Part shown: positions 13,478 through 26,274 of the stretch, one piece after another
How the letters are laid out: every line of letters starts with the position of its first letter
Numbering within the stretch: the first letter of the stretch is position 1
Assembly: GCA_010093705.1 (NCBI GenBank)
Contig: MU006091.1
Location: 1,674,001-1,738,000 of the forward strand
Direction of reading: 5' to 3'
Length of the DNA: 64,000 bases
DNA from: Patellaria atrata CBS 101060
Lineage: Eukaryota
The notes under the pieces: generated by a model
What the model was told of the DNA's origin: nothing
Database searches by the model: none
Seen by the model: the letters and a program-made list of their open reading frames with translations, nothing else
Made by a program: the position numbers and the translations under genes

Positions 13478-14146
13478 TTACAGAGTCCAATGTATTATGA
13501 AGGATGACCATTCCTGCACACGTGATAATATTTCTATCGTTCGAAATGTTTGTTCGGCAGTATCAATGAACTCAATGAGCCGTCGCAATTCCTTCCCAAA
13601 CCTTTGAAACTGGTTGTACCACAGTGCGCGGCGGAATTGGTTCGCATGTCGCCTGCGAAGTTGCTTACAGATCTCAGCAATCTCGATAAGTCTGTTGTAT
13701 TTGATCTCATTGAAACCGTATATAATCTGCGAGGAAACGGTGTGATGTGACTCCATCGAGAAGATCGATTTACCAAGCTCTGCGGAAAGTAAGACTTTGC
13801 CTATGGAGAGGTGGAAGGCCAGATAGACGGATGCCACGAATATAGAGGTTTACCGAGCTCACCGGGCTGAAAAGATGTCAATGTTTCCTTTTCGTTGTTC
13901 CCACGGTTACGGTTGAAGTGCTGATGCTTTGCGCCTGGCTACGACTCGAAAATGCCGATAACGTCGGTGTTTCGTAGTACGAGCACCACTAAACTTCTGC
14001 GTTAATGAATGCATGGATATGACTAGCCGTGAAGGGAAAATGATAAGCTGGTGGGCCAAATAGATTTCGATGGCGAAATCTTCATCACGCCAACATCTAC
14101 ACAGTGCAAAGAAGAGATAGTATTGTGCCATCGAGGAAGTGCGCAT
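13478..14146 (-). CDS. Probable small multi-exon hypothetical gene, boundaries uncertain
   Basis: Protein-like frame 13800-13481 (GKVLLSAELG...RRLIEFIDTAEQTF) flanked by splice signals: acceptor CTCCATAG at 13801 and donor GTAAGT at ~13481. Further introns upstream. Confidence 0.35.
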
Positions 14147-16862
14147 GAATTGTAGATAAAACTTATGATGGACCGATTGATCTTCCTTTTAGAGATGAAG
14201 TGGTAGACTTTATATAGTAAGGGGACCAAGGGGTGGTTGGGAGTAATATAAGATAAAGGAAAGTATTTCAAGGACGAGAGTTTCTATTCGGCACAGACTT
14301 AAACGTAGAACGATTTCACAAAATATTTTTCTTACCGATAATTGACTCCTTTATGAGAGATAGATAAAATTCGGAAGGTTATTATAACGATCTATGCTGA
14401 AATACAACAAAGTAGCGCAAAATGTTGAACAGATGGTGCGTTGCGGACAGCCATCTGCGGCGTTGAAAATTCTATAGCGTAGCAACCCCTTTGCATTCGT
14501 AACGCATTTTGAGTAATGCAGTTGTCAATCTTCTTACACAGTCCCTTATGCCTGCTTATGTATCAGTATATGGAGCGTCTCTTATTGTCTCTGCGTCAAA
14601 ACTTACCAATTAGTAGATGAGGATGTTTGCGAAGTCGCGAGGTCGCGGCCTACTGTAACAATGAAGGGAAGCGCGGTGAAAATCCCCAGGTCCAAGTGTC
14701 CCTCGGTTCACCCAACCTTACAGCAACACCACTCCCATCCATTATAAAAACGGCTTAATTGCGCATCGAGCAGTATCCTAGCACTTCGAAGCCGACTTGT
14801 CTTTGAAGACAGCATCTCTTGCTCCCATTCAAAGCCCAGGATGACTCTATAACTCCTTGACATAAGAGCGCAGAGCCCACCAATATCCCGTCCACACCAC
14901 ATGTTCCTCAGCGGTACCTAACGATTCCCACAAGTGCACATAAGACGTGTATTAGAGCCGAAGTAGTAAAATTAATATGCATCTGGAGTAGTAGCCGTGG
15001 CGGCTGTGGTGGTGATGGTCAGGAAAGCCCCTAAATCGAGTCTCATGCTGCTGGTGCGGGAAGGCACCGTGCAAGCGCTCACGGTCGATTACCACGTTTT
15101 ATGTTATTCTGGACAAAACCTCTAGGACGATACTCATGTTGAACTCAGGGGCAACCTGGATGAGTTGACTTCCTGGTCCTTATGACCGCCGCACAGTTTC
15201 CACCTCCGCACCCATATCAACTCGTATTAAAGAACAATGAAGAGATAGCATACCGATCGCCCTCTTTCTAGCGCTTGCAAAATGCAACTACAATAGTAGG
15301 AATGGAATCCTGATCAGGTGTCAAGCACAAAATTCTTGAGAGGTGAATGTTAGGCGGTTGTTGGTGATGGATATATTGGATGGCTTTAATGTACCCGAAC
15401 CTTCCACTCGTTATGCTCAGTTATCTACTTCCCCTAAAGCCAGAAGCGGAGGTATCTACAAGAACCCACTTGGTTGGTAGCAGTTGCTAATGAGATGTAA
15501 TCGAGATTTTCTAGTATAAAGTCCTGAACGCATTTACTATGGTAAAGAATAACGGATGATATACAAGAAAACAGGATCTTCCGACCCGCTCACTTCGCTC
15601 AATTTAGGGGTGATTTACTCCACTTGACGAGAAATCCCGAACGCGGTCTCGAGACTGATGTAGAACTACTGACACTTTGATATACTGATAATTCTGAGTG
15701 CTTTTGCCTCCAGAAACTATTCTTATAACTAACAAATAGCCTTTTTTCCAGTAGAAACCACTTGAATCGCAATTGTTTTGAAAAGAGTACGAATCAGTTG
15801 TTGTGAGTTAGTGAGTCGTAGTTTATATTCAACAGACATCTTAGCTTTTAGTCCCGTTACTTTCTTCTATTATCTTCTCCGCAGGTTTAACCGAATCTTA
15901 CGCTCTTCATAGGATATGAATATTCCAAAGGAGATTTCGAGAAACATTCTGTAGAACTACCCCACGCCCTGGATATATATTGACTAAGGCGACATTCCAC
16001 TCCTCCAAAACTTTGTCCACGAGCGAAGGTAACTTAAGAACCATGAAAGCGTCTGAGGTTGTTACTACAAAAGTTCTTTTAACTTTTACAATACCTGCTC
16101 CATACATCACCTGCTCTCTGTCCTATTACATCTACTTGAACTATCAGATACTACCTCTAGCTATGATAACAATAAGAAGAAATGGTAAGGTCTTCACCAT
16201 GCTAGGGAAAAGGTCACATTCACGCGTGTAACACTATCATGAACTTATGAAGCACCGAGTTTTGCTTGGACAATAATCCATTTAGACTTTTTCTAGTTAC
16301 ATGAAGGAGCTCCATATGTTGACTGTTCATCCCAGGTCTTCGATTGAGGTATTACTGGATGCGTCAGAGCTCAGAATGATGAGAAGATATGACCACGTCG
16401 TTGCGAGAGTCGAGTAGACTGATGAGGTAAAGACATCTCGCATGACATGATAAGATGAAAAGGCGTTAATCATTTCGCGATAGCGCGAGCAATTTTCATG
16501 AAACCATTCCATCAAACCGCAGAAACAAGACACTCAATCGCAGACATTTTGGAGAGGCAAATAGAAAATTCAACAAGATGTATCGAGGTCTTCCAACGTT
16601 ACGGCCGAGAGCGACAGTGGCAGATTATCAAAGTCAAATGAGCCAACCTGTTACCAAACGAAACCCAAAGACCCGTACACAAGAAGATCCCGTATACAAC
16701 CGGACGCCATTTGTCCTCAAAAGAGCATCAAACTCCATCAAGATCAGTCAAGGAGAAAGGAAATGAAGGCAACTGAATTACAGAAATAGGAAACAACACG
16801 ACATAGAAACAAGGTACAAACATAACTTTTAAGATCGGCAGCATAGAAGCTTACGATTGGAA

Positions 16863-18977
16863 TCAGCGACGAGATTGCCACTTGCGACCCTGAGGAGCAT
16901 GATAACCGAGGGTCTGTTCAAATCGCACGTAGGTTGGAGACGGCCTACGAGAAAATCTGCCATGGGATGGGTAGTGACCTGAATTGACATTGGAAAATTG
17001 GGACCTAAAGGAATGGGATGCAGAAACTGAAGCATGATAACGACCTGTACCAATGGGACTAAGGTTATTAGGCGCATTTTGGTCCATGTCTCTCAAAGCT
17101 TGATGACGGAGAGCTTGCGGGGTGCCACGGTCGTACTGGTCATCGAAAGATCGGCGGGCTCGGTTTGCATTTCCGCCATGGAACAATCCTTTAGGACTGA
17201 TTGTTAGAAGGAGGCGGAGCGACTTGCGGTGGAGGATCTAAGACGGATGAGCTTACCAATGACTCGTGCATTCTCAATAGATCGTTGAAGCTTACTGTAG
17301 TTGTTTGGTGGTGGAAAGTCCTTCTCTTCACCTGGAACTGCTGGGTAAGGATCGCCATGCACGTAAAAGAGCTGGTCGTGTTAGTCAACAACTCATCAAG
17401 TGAGAGAGAGAATAGTACCTTTGGACGATAATCCGGATGTTCAAGTCGAACGCTCGAGTTGCGGAAGTGCTCAACAAGCACCTCTACACCTTGTTGAGTC
17501 GCGAATGCAAGAGCGACTTCCTTGCGAGACGTAGGGAATCCAGGCCAGGATCTGCCATTGACACGACGGAAGAAATTGACAACCGCGTCGGGATCAACGA
17601 AGTTGACGAAGGCATAACCTACACCACGACCGGTGGAGTAATCAATGCGATTATAAAGGAAATCGAATTGTCCTCTGCTTCCATTGTCCATCCAGTTCTT
17701 GAATGTAGCCTTATCAACGTTAGTTGTCAAAGCACTGGAACTGCACGTGGAAGTACTCACAAAGTCCATTTCATTGGGAATATTCCGAATCATGACGGTG
17801 GTGCGAAACTCCTCAAAGCGCTCAATCTTCGCAATGTCAATCGTGGTATTGATGCCATTGCAGCGAGGACGCCTAGGACTGAAGGCGTTTGAGCGATGGC
17901 GGTTGTTCGACTGAGACACATGAAAAAAAGCGACATGGTATCCAGTCTACGGTATGTTAGTCTTCAATCATTCGGAAAGAGACATATGCGACCTTGCTTG
18001 CACTCACATTGTTGATCGAGATCCTTGCAGGAGCTGTACCGTTCCAGTTCAAGATGGCCTGCATTTGAAAATAACTCTGGCAATTGAGATAAATCTGAAA
18101 GCAGCTATTGTCGTGTTCTATGACCCAATGATGACGGAAGTCGCCAAATTGCCTGAGGAAGTACATCAGATCGAAAAGCATTTCGATACCAACCGGATTG
18201 TGGTGTTCAGTGCCAAATTCTTTCGTGGCTCTGAACGTGAGCTGGGTGAGATCTGGATTAGTATCCAAGAGGTCATCAGGTGCGTACATCGCCATGTTGT
18301 TAATGACCCGGTTGGATTCACCATTGCTGATGAACAATGCTCTAACTCCACCATTAACTAAGGGATGGTGAGTAGATAGAGCATGATAGGCCACCACGGC
18401 ATCTTCCACATTCGGGAAGAAGAGATAGACGTAAGTGCCATCTGTACGAGAAAACATGATGTTGCACTCTACTTCGTCAACCTGCCAATATCATTAGTCT
18501 ATTTCTTTGAGAGGCGGGGAACGAGTCAATGGGTTGTGGTTAGTAATCGAGGAATTGCGTAACAGAAGGACTTACACTTAGGATTTCACGAAGAGCGTAA
18601 CCGCAAGCAATGTCAGCGTAGCGAAATCCTTTAAGGACAATAGTGCGGGTTTGCTGTTGGTATGAGTTGAAGAAGGAAAGGGTTGACGAGGATGCTGTCG
18701 CAGATTCGGAAATTGGAAGTTCGAACTGGACGTCAGGCATAGAACCCTTGTTGAGATCCTTAATTGTAGGACTGTCGGCGACATCATCATCAGACCCAGC
18801 GGTTGCAGACTTCGTTGGGACTGTGGACTTGGCCGTTGGCGAGAACTCGATTGCATTCGGGGAAAGCCTGTAAGCAGTAGGCGAATACACAGTGTCGATT
18901 GTACCTTCCGGCGTAACTGGAGGAGACGAACGCTCGCTGACGCCGAAACGCAACGATTGCGGAGTTTCTTGGTTCAT
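16863..18977 (-). CDS. Mei2-like RNA-binding protein (C-terminal RRM_2/RRM3 domain), multi-exon
   Basis: RTTVMIRNIPN, FDFLYNRIDY, VGYAFVNF, FATQQG..LVEHFRNSSV..EHPDYRPK, followed by GLF after the next introns. N-terminal RRM-like exons are divergent. Confidence 0.85.
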
Positions 18978-21223
18978 GATGAAGACTTGACGATGAAAAG
19001 AAGATGACAAAGGACAAAGATTGGAAGGGGAAATGACAAAGTAGATGGTCAATGTCTGGAAGACGGCGAAGTGATATCAATTGATACACAAGAAAGATGC
19101 GATGCGGTAAATGGGTTGGTGAAGGAATGCCACAACACCGAAAAGGTATTTCTCAGCGATGTTGCGTCGTGTGTGGATGGAAAGGAAAAGTGAGAAAAGA
19201 TGGAGGGAAGAGTGAACTTATAAGTTCTTTCCGTGAGCAAGTTTTGAAGACAAGCGAGCGTCGAGGCCTTCCAGGTTCTTCCCCAAAGAACAAACGGATT
19301 GGACCCTTATGGATTTAAGGTTGAGCTGATTATTCGTCATCCTCAAGAACGGGAAAACTGTATAGAATACCTTACCGGGTAACCGTAATATATTAGACCG
19401 AGTACTTATCTTACCGGGAGAGGGAGGGCAAAGGATATCGTCCCGGAGCTATGGACCTTCAGGAGGATAGGGCCGAAGGGTATTACTCCCCTTGAAAGAT
19501 TCGAATACCCGCTTCGAGCTATTCTTACGGGGTCAGAATGCATACTAACAGTCTAACTGCGCTTTGCTATACCCCTATAACCAAAGGAACATACCGTAAG
19601 AGGATATTGTAGAAGGGCGCTCAAGCTACCTTAGAGTATTGAGCTTTCCAACTACCTTGGACTTCACAATGCTCTAGAGCAGTCAATACTCCCTTTATTA
19701 AGATTCGCTCAAAGTACGGAGATGTAACTTGTTATTTTCGAAAAATTTGAACCACATATTAGGACCCTTCTTGAGTTGTGGTCTAGCTATTCTTCAAGAT
19801 GTCTTCATTTCAACTACTTCCGCTCGGTAGGGGCGCAACCTTTCGCGGCGTCAAAGCGGCAGCTCGCCCAAATCTATGGGCATTCTTAACTCAACAATCA
19901 GTCAAGAGTTGCATCATAATACCCCTTTTCTCAGACAGTCTCAAGCAATTACGAAGTTATTCATCAATCTAAAACAATTAGATCCTATTAAATAGGGGTA
20001 CAGATCTAAACACACAGTACTAAGGGTAACCTGAGCGACCGGACTTACCTTGATCTCCCTACCCTGGGCTGTCGCTAAGGTAGGGTAATTTTACATGAGC
20101 GTATCTGTCCACGGCATACTGTGTCCTCGACGTCATCGTAGTCTTCAGTTTCCTGCTTGATATGCGTAATATACACGAAGAAGCTGTTTAGGTTTTCCTG
20201 AGCATTTGCCTTACCTTACGGTCATGTCACCGTCTCATCTCAGCTGGGCTCGCTGTAATGTTTGTGGGACTCTCGGTTTTCAGACAGAGAAGGGCTCTTA
20301 TGAGGGATCTTAGCAAATCTTCAGCATCCTACCACCAAATGGTTTTTCCTGATCTACCCACGCATAAAGCCACTCCAAAGCGGCGTATTCGAATATACTT
20401 GAATTCATCTGCGGGGGTTTATGGTCACGCGAATACTACATATTCATTGGTAGAATACTTGTCCCTTGATGGGAAAATCAGTGGTGTGAACCTCCTCAAG
20501 AGGGTGCTTAGAGGTGCTTCAAGTGGGCTGTATCTAGGTGCCGACGCCCTTCGAGACTTTTACCCGTCCACGGAGTCCTACAATGGCAAGTTTGGGAGAC
20601 ATAACTTTTTCAAAGCGCGAGATTGTTTCAGGGGTAAAATGAGGTCACAAATGAGAATATAGATATTCAAATGCGACATAAATATTGTTCCCTATCTTAT
20701 GCAATATGAAATGCGATAAAGCTAAAGACCAGTTCAGAACCTGAAGTGTACATGAGGATCAGCTAGAATATTGTCCTTTTGGAAGGAGCACCTTGAACTG
20801 GGACGACGTTAGAATAAGGAAAGCACGGGGCTTGGATGGTCGTCCGTTCCTGCAGTTTTGGGCCGCACCAGCATCCTTTTAAGCTTAGCCGAAAGCTGTC
20901 TCCGCTCGAACCCTGTCGGCCTTGTAAGCGTCGCTCGATCAAGATTTCATTAGAATTGTCTATCGTTGTTTTTTACTGCTGATAATGATATCTGGTCTTG
21001 ATGCAATGTGAGAGTTGTTGAATTAACCTTCAGAGCTTGCGAGGATATCTGATACAGTAATCTCGACCCGCCCCAAGACAATAGTTCTCCCAATTTCTTC
21101 CTCACAATCTCACTCGATAAAGACATCACAAATATCATCAGAAAGTCAGAAACAGTTCACGAGAGTTCATCATAATCTCCCAAACTATCCTGATCGAGCG
21201 AGTTCCCTACGAGACGAGCCACA

Positions 21224-24058
21224 ATGCCGGCGTTGATTGATTCTGGGGATGATCTAGCCGCAGCCGTTCAACAGGTATGCGACAACAATGTTCATCAATT
21301 ATGATACATGTCTACGGTATAATAACACTACTTCTATCCTCAGATTACCCTATCCGCTTCGGATACAGATTACGTCGATCAGTTGGTCCCGGTGTTGAAA
21401 GATGTTCGTTATTCGGATCGCGCAGGCCAGTTGGTCCAAGCTCTCAACCAGTTTGCGTCCGAACGTGAAGCCGACATTGAACGCATGTGCAATTCTAACC
21501 ACCAAGAGTTTATCTCCTCCATCAATCAGTTGCTGAGTGTACGACAAGGCTCCGTAGATTTGACTGCCGAAATTCTTGAGCTCAACCAGTCCATCCAGAA
21601 AAGCACAGAAAATCTTGCCGGCCAGAAGAAGTCCTTGGTAGAAGCGAGGGGAGTTCGGCAGAATATTAATGATACCACTGAAGCTCTAAACGCCTGTCTT
21701 GAGGTCCTTCGTTTGGCTAATCAGGTCCATGATCTACTGGGGAAGAAAAACCATTATGCTGCTCTTCGTGCTTTAGATGAGTTGCAGAATGTCCATCTAA
21801 GGGAAGTATCTCGGTACAAAATCGCGGAATTGATTGAAAAGTCCGTACCTGCCACCCAGAAGCTCATTGCCGAAGCTGTAATGTCTGATCTAAACACCTG
21901 GTTGTATCGTATCCGGGAGGCTTCGCAATACCTTGGTGAAGTGTCTTTCTTTCAAACAGAGATGCGCAGGGCTCGCCAGCGGGAAAGGGCCGATAATGAC
22001 GATTATTTCACCAGGTTCAAGCTCAACTCTGCAGTCGAGTTAGTCGCTGATGAAAATGATGAATTAGATATCCTTGACAGCGAAGAGAATCAAATCCACG
22101 TTGACTTTTCTCCATTGTTCGAATGTCTACACATACACGAGACCCTTGGACGTCGCGAGGTTTTTCAAACTGAATATGCAGCTACAAGGAGGAGGCAGAA
22201 GGAACTCCTGATCCCTTCGTCCATAAACCTTCTGGAAGAGGAAGATGCGGATCTCAGTAGAATACTAGAAGATATTGCGGGCTTTGCGATCATCGAGAGA
22301 GCAACCATGAATAGGACAGACAGCTTGCGGTCGAATGCTGATGTTTGTATTCCATTGATATTATCGGTAACATGAGCTAATTAATTCTAGGTTGAAGAGC
22401 TATGGGATTCCATGTGCCATAGTGCCGTGACCCTTATTTCTGGTGCTCTACACACAGTAGATAGCGATGAGAAGCTTCTTCAGATCAAAGGTCGAATTTC
22501 CCTGTTTATGCAGACTATGAGTGTAAGTCGAAAACATGGAATAACAGGCCAAATGCTCACTGAATTCTTCCCTCCAGCACTGGCGCTATTCTACTTCTTC
22601 CTTCGATGCATTAATGCTTAGTTTATTCAATAAGTATGCTGAGGTTCTCAAACGTCGCTTCAGCGAAGACTTCTTAGAGGTGTGTTGCTCTGTTAACCCT
22701 TCTTCTGATAGCCAATTCGCTCAACCCCTGACTTTAGATTGTATCGACCGATGATTATATGCCAATGCGGATAAACAATCCTGAAGAGTATGACAAAGTC
22801 GTAAGCGTCAGCTGGTACTCACCTGAGACCGCTTTCGAGGAGCTCGCGTAAGTCTTCAGTTGTGCTAGGTTGCTATACGAAATTCGCGCGTTTGATGTTG
22901 ATGTCTTGGCAGGTTCCCTTGTGTTTTTCCTTTCTCACAGATGTACCCTCTTTGCTGCATCGACATCCGCAACTTTCTAAATCAGATCTACCTCTTCTCG
23001 GATGACCATTTTGAACGCTCAAGCGTTATCGACGATACTCTAAAATCTGTAAGTATCTTCTTCATTCACCCCCTTGATATCACTCTAGGAACGACTTCGT
23101 CATGTCCAGCTACAATTCGCGTCTATTGCATCTGCTAGTCAATACTTCACTTTACCTAACTAAGAATTTCCTCCAATTAGTCCCTCGACACGCTTCTCTG
23201 TCAAGACGTGTGTGCCAGTCTCGTTGAACGTCTCCGCTCTCAGTACCCTGGCCAAATCGTACAAATCCTCACAAATCTTTCACACTTCGAGACAGCTTGT
23301 CACGATCTCTCAGAGCTGTTGTTTCAAGCTCGCCACTCCTCGTCCGCTGTTGGCCCTGTTGTCCTCCAGGCAACTACTCAATTCCAAAAAGGTCGGCAAC
23401 AAGCTGAACAACGGATTTTTGAATTAGTCAAGTCCAAAATCGACGACCTGGTCGATAATGCGGACTACAATTTGTACGTACGCAGCCATAATCCCACTGT
23501 AATTGCAAGTCTAACGGGTGAAATAGCGATCTTGTTAGTCCACCATCTAGACAGGGTGGTGTACGCCAGGTGGTGGGTGCCGGTGGTACTCATAGTGGCT
23601 TTATTGTTGACCTTAGGGGTTATCTTGACTTATCATTTAATTCTACCCTTGTTGGGCTTGCACCTGTTCTTCGGGAAGAGCTCTATACGGATTGTATTAT
23701 CCACACCGCCAACCAATTACTCGTAAGTACTGTTCAAAGTTAATGTCATATTCAACATGGCTAACTAGTGTTGTAGGAACTCATCATTAGCCCTTCCGTT
23801 CACCGCTTAAGTCGCGGGGTGATAGACCAATTCGCGGCCGACGTGGCCTACTTCGTAGAATTTGTACAGCAACTCCAAATGCCATCAATGGCACAAAATC
23901 TCGAAGAGCTGACGCAGGTGGTGGCATTGCTCACCTCAAACAATGGCGAGGAGGAGTTCTTTGACGTTGCGTCACGTAACCGTCGATATGGCAAGGTAGA
24001 TCCCCAGCAAGGGGCAGAGCTTTTGGAGAAGGTATACAGGGGACGAGCTCTTGGGTGA
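21224..24058 (+). CDS. SEC15: Exocyst complex component Sec15
   Basis: NSNHQEFISSINQLL, HYAALRALDEL, VDFSPLFECLHIH, STDDYMPM, FPFSQMYPLCCIDIRNF, QIVQILTNL. About 9 canonical introns. Confidence 0.92.
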
Positions 24059-25559
24059 TCATTTTCTTCTATATAATAGATACCAATGAAACGTAGCGAT
24101 ACTTCATCATACATTGGTGATCTCATTCCTCTTGTGGTGTGCGGCGTATGATCGACTAATTTCAAAATTCGCTCTTCTTCAACATGTAATATGATTTCGG
24201 ATCAGATTCAATGACCGAGTATCCTAGTTTGTACTTGTTATGTTATAACATCTCCCTATCATTAAAAACATGCTTTCTAATCCTAGTATTGCGTTCTATT
24301 CCCGCGATTATCTGCATATTATTCCGAAACCGTACCCTTTCACTTACACTACTATGGAGCATATACTATATAAGACACTGTACCTCCCTCTATATAATAT
24401 CTCTTTCTTCCTCCATTCTTGGAGTGTCCGCAAAATACTACCGAAAAGTTGATGTCAGAGGTCGCCCCTATCCTAACATCTCACCACACCCCCCTACCTT
24501 TACCCCTTACCCCTAACTCAAAACTTGACCCATCGAACAAACCTCCCCATAAACCAGACGCATCATCTTTCTCAGGCCTCAATTTCCTACATATGTCATC
24601 TCCTGGCTGTCTCCCAGCTCCAGTGCTGAACGTCTCCCCGACATCCAACCGTCGAAAGCACCAAACCTGCTCACATTCCTCCCACAAAACTTGCTCATCT
24701 CTCTCCAAAGACCCCGATACTTTCCATCGAGGTCCATAGAGCTCTAGATTCTCGAAGAATGACTCACAGCGTTGAATTTCCCCATCGGTTTTCAACATTC
24801 GCTTCCGAAAATGTTCTAAAGAGGAATGGTGCGAATTATGAGCAAGTTTATGAGCAGATTTGGGGCGGAAGAGTTATGTCCCGAGAAGCTTTGGGGCAGG
24901 GGTGTAGTTTCCTGAAGGGCAGGGGAGTTGTTTTGTATTATACGGCTGTTTGGTTACGGTATCAAGACACGGTATTGCCGAGGGGGGAGGGTACGGCTCG
25001 GTAGGGCAGTTTGGAGGAAGCGCCGTGCTTCGGGGGATCAGGGGCCGCCCCGATGGGTGAAGTTTAGGGGGACGTGGACCGGTCGCATGCTTGGTCACTG
25101 GGGCAACGGGGAGCTATGTGAGGTCTGAGATCGAGGAAGTAGATCATAAAGGGATTGAACTAAGCTCTATTGCTGTTGTATGCTTGAGTTGTCATCATTT
25201 CCTTCTTTAACTGAGTTCTGAACTTTGTTTTTGGGCTTTCTAGTTGAGTTATGCCACACTTCACTTTCATGCAAGCTCGGGACATCATCTATCTCGCACT
25301 TCTACCACAGAAAGTCACCGTACTTAGAGTCCAAACTGCTGTTTGTCATCACCCTTGTGACTTCAAGCTACTTAGATTATTGCATTTCGCTTCTTGAGCT
25401 GTAGATCGTTTGAACGCAGACTTATTTACAACTATTCTGAGCGTCTATAGGCCACGTGGTGATTTGAACGAGCTATCCACACTCATCTGCTTACTTCCCT
25501 AAGTATTCTGATAGCAGTAGATTCTCCACTATTTCACAACGCAGAACTCCAGATCAATA

Positions 25560-25740
25560 TTCCACACCCACTCTCATACACAGCTACATGGCGCATCTAC
25601 TCCTTAATCTTCTCCTCCAGTTCCTCCTTCCTATTCTCATCGTCCTTGCCGTCCTACTCCTCTTCTTAGTTCTTTACCTCGCCCTCTTCCTCTTCTACTT
25701 CCTCTTTCTATTCTTCTTTTCTCCAATAACTCGGCCCTAG
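25560..25740 (-). pseudogene. Decayed Glu/Lys-rich reading frame interrupted by TAG/TAA codons
   Basis: Frame reads KEE*KEEVEEEEGEVKN*EEE*DGKDDENRKEELEEKIKE*MRH, with four stops in an otherwise coherent acidic frame. Confidence 0.3.
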
Positions 25741-26274
25741 CTTGTACCAACGCCCCTTAGACCGGCTGAACAAGAGAAACAAATAAACACAACACCAACA
25801 GTCTACTGCGGAAGGTCGATAGAGCATAAGTCAATTCGAGAAGCAGTTGGATGGCAAAAGCAATTCTACAATCAAAAAATGTCGATAATTCAGATCGACG
25901 AAACACACAAGTGCCACGATACGGAGGGAATTGGAACACGGCTGTGTACAGGAACACTAAATCACGGCAAATTGACTATAAAGAGGCGTTGATACCAACT
26001 AGTGACAGCAGAAGATTTCTGATCTGTACACTCTGAAGCGAAGAACGAAGAGCAGGACTGCGAAGTAAAAATGCAAATAACTCAAATATGTTTTCAGAGG
26101 ATTCTTTCTAGCAGAGACTAAAGAAAGCAGAGAGCCTTGATTGGTATATTGGACGAAATCGTAGTTTCACCATATGAAGACCATGGCCGGTTCGAAAGGT
26201 CTGTATTTCCACTCCATACACCATATGATACTGTACACAGCGATCTATCTCTTCAATCTTTGAATAAGAAGCTA

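Noticed and set aside
18980..19320. HMG-box (Ste11 TR-box-like) sites upstream of the Mei2-like gene
   Set aside because: Only partial CTTTGT matches; no full TTCTTTGTT.
19380..20120. TpA-rich stretch with short inverted repeats, possible transposon relic
   Set aside because: No terminal repeats, target-site duplication or transposase remnant discernible. The same applies to 33100-33650 and 63020-63460.
23462..23726. Hydrophobic TM-like tail in ORF 23208-23726
   Set aside because: Artefact of reading through a SEC15 intron into the wrong frame; the spliced frame continues Sec15.
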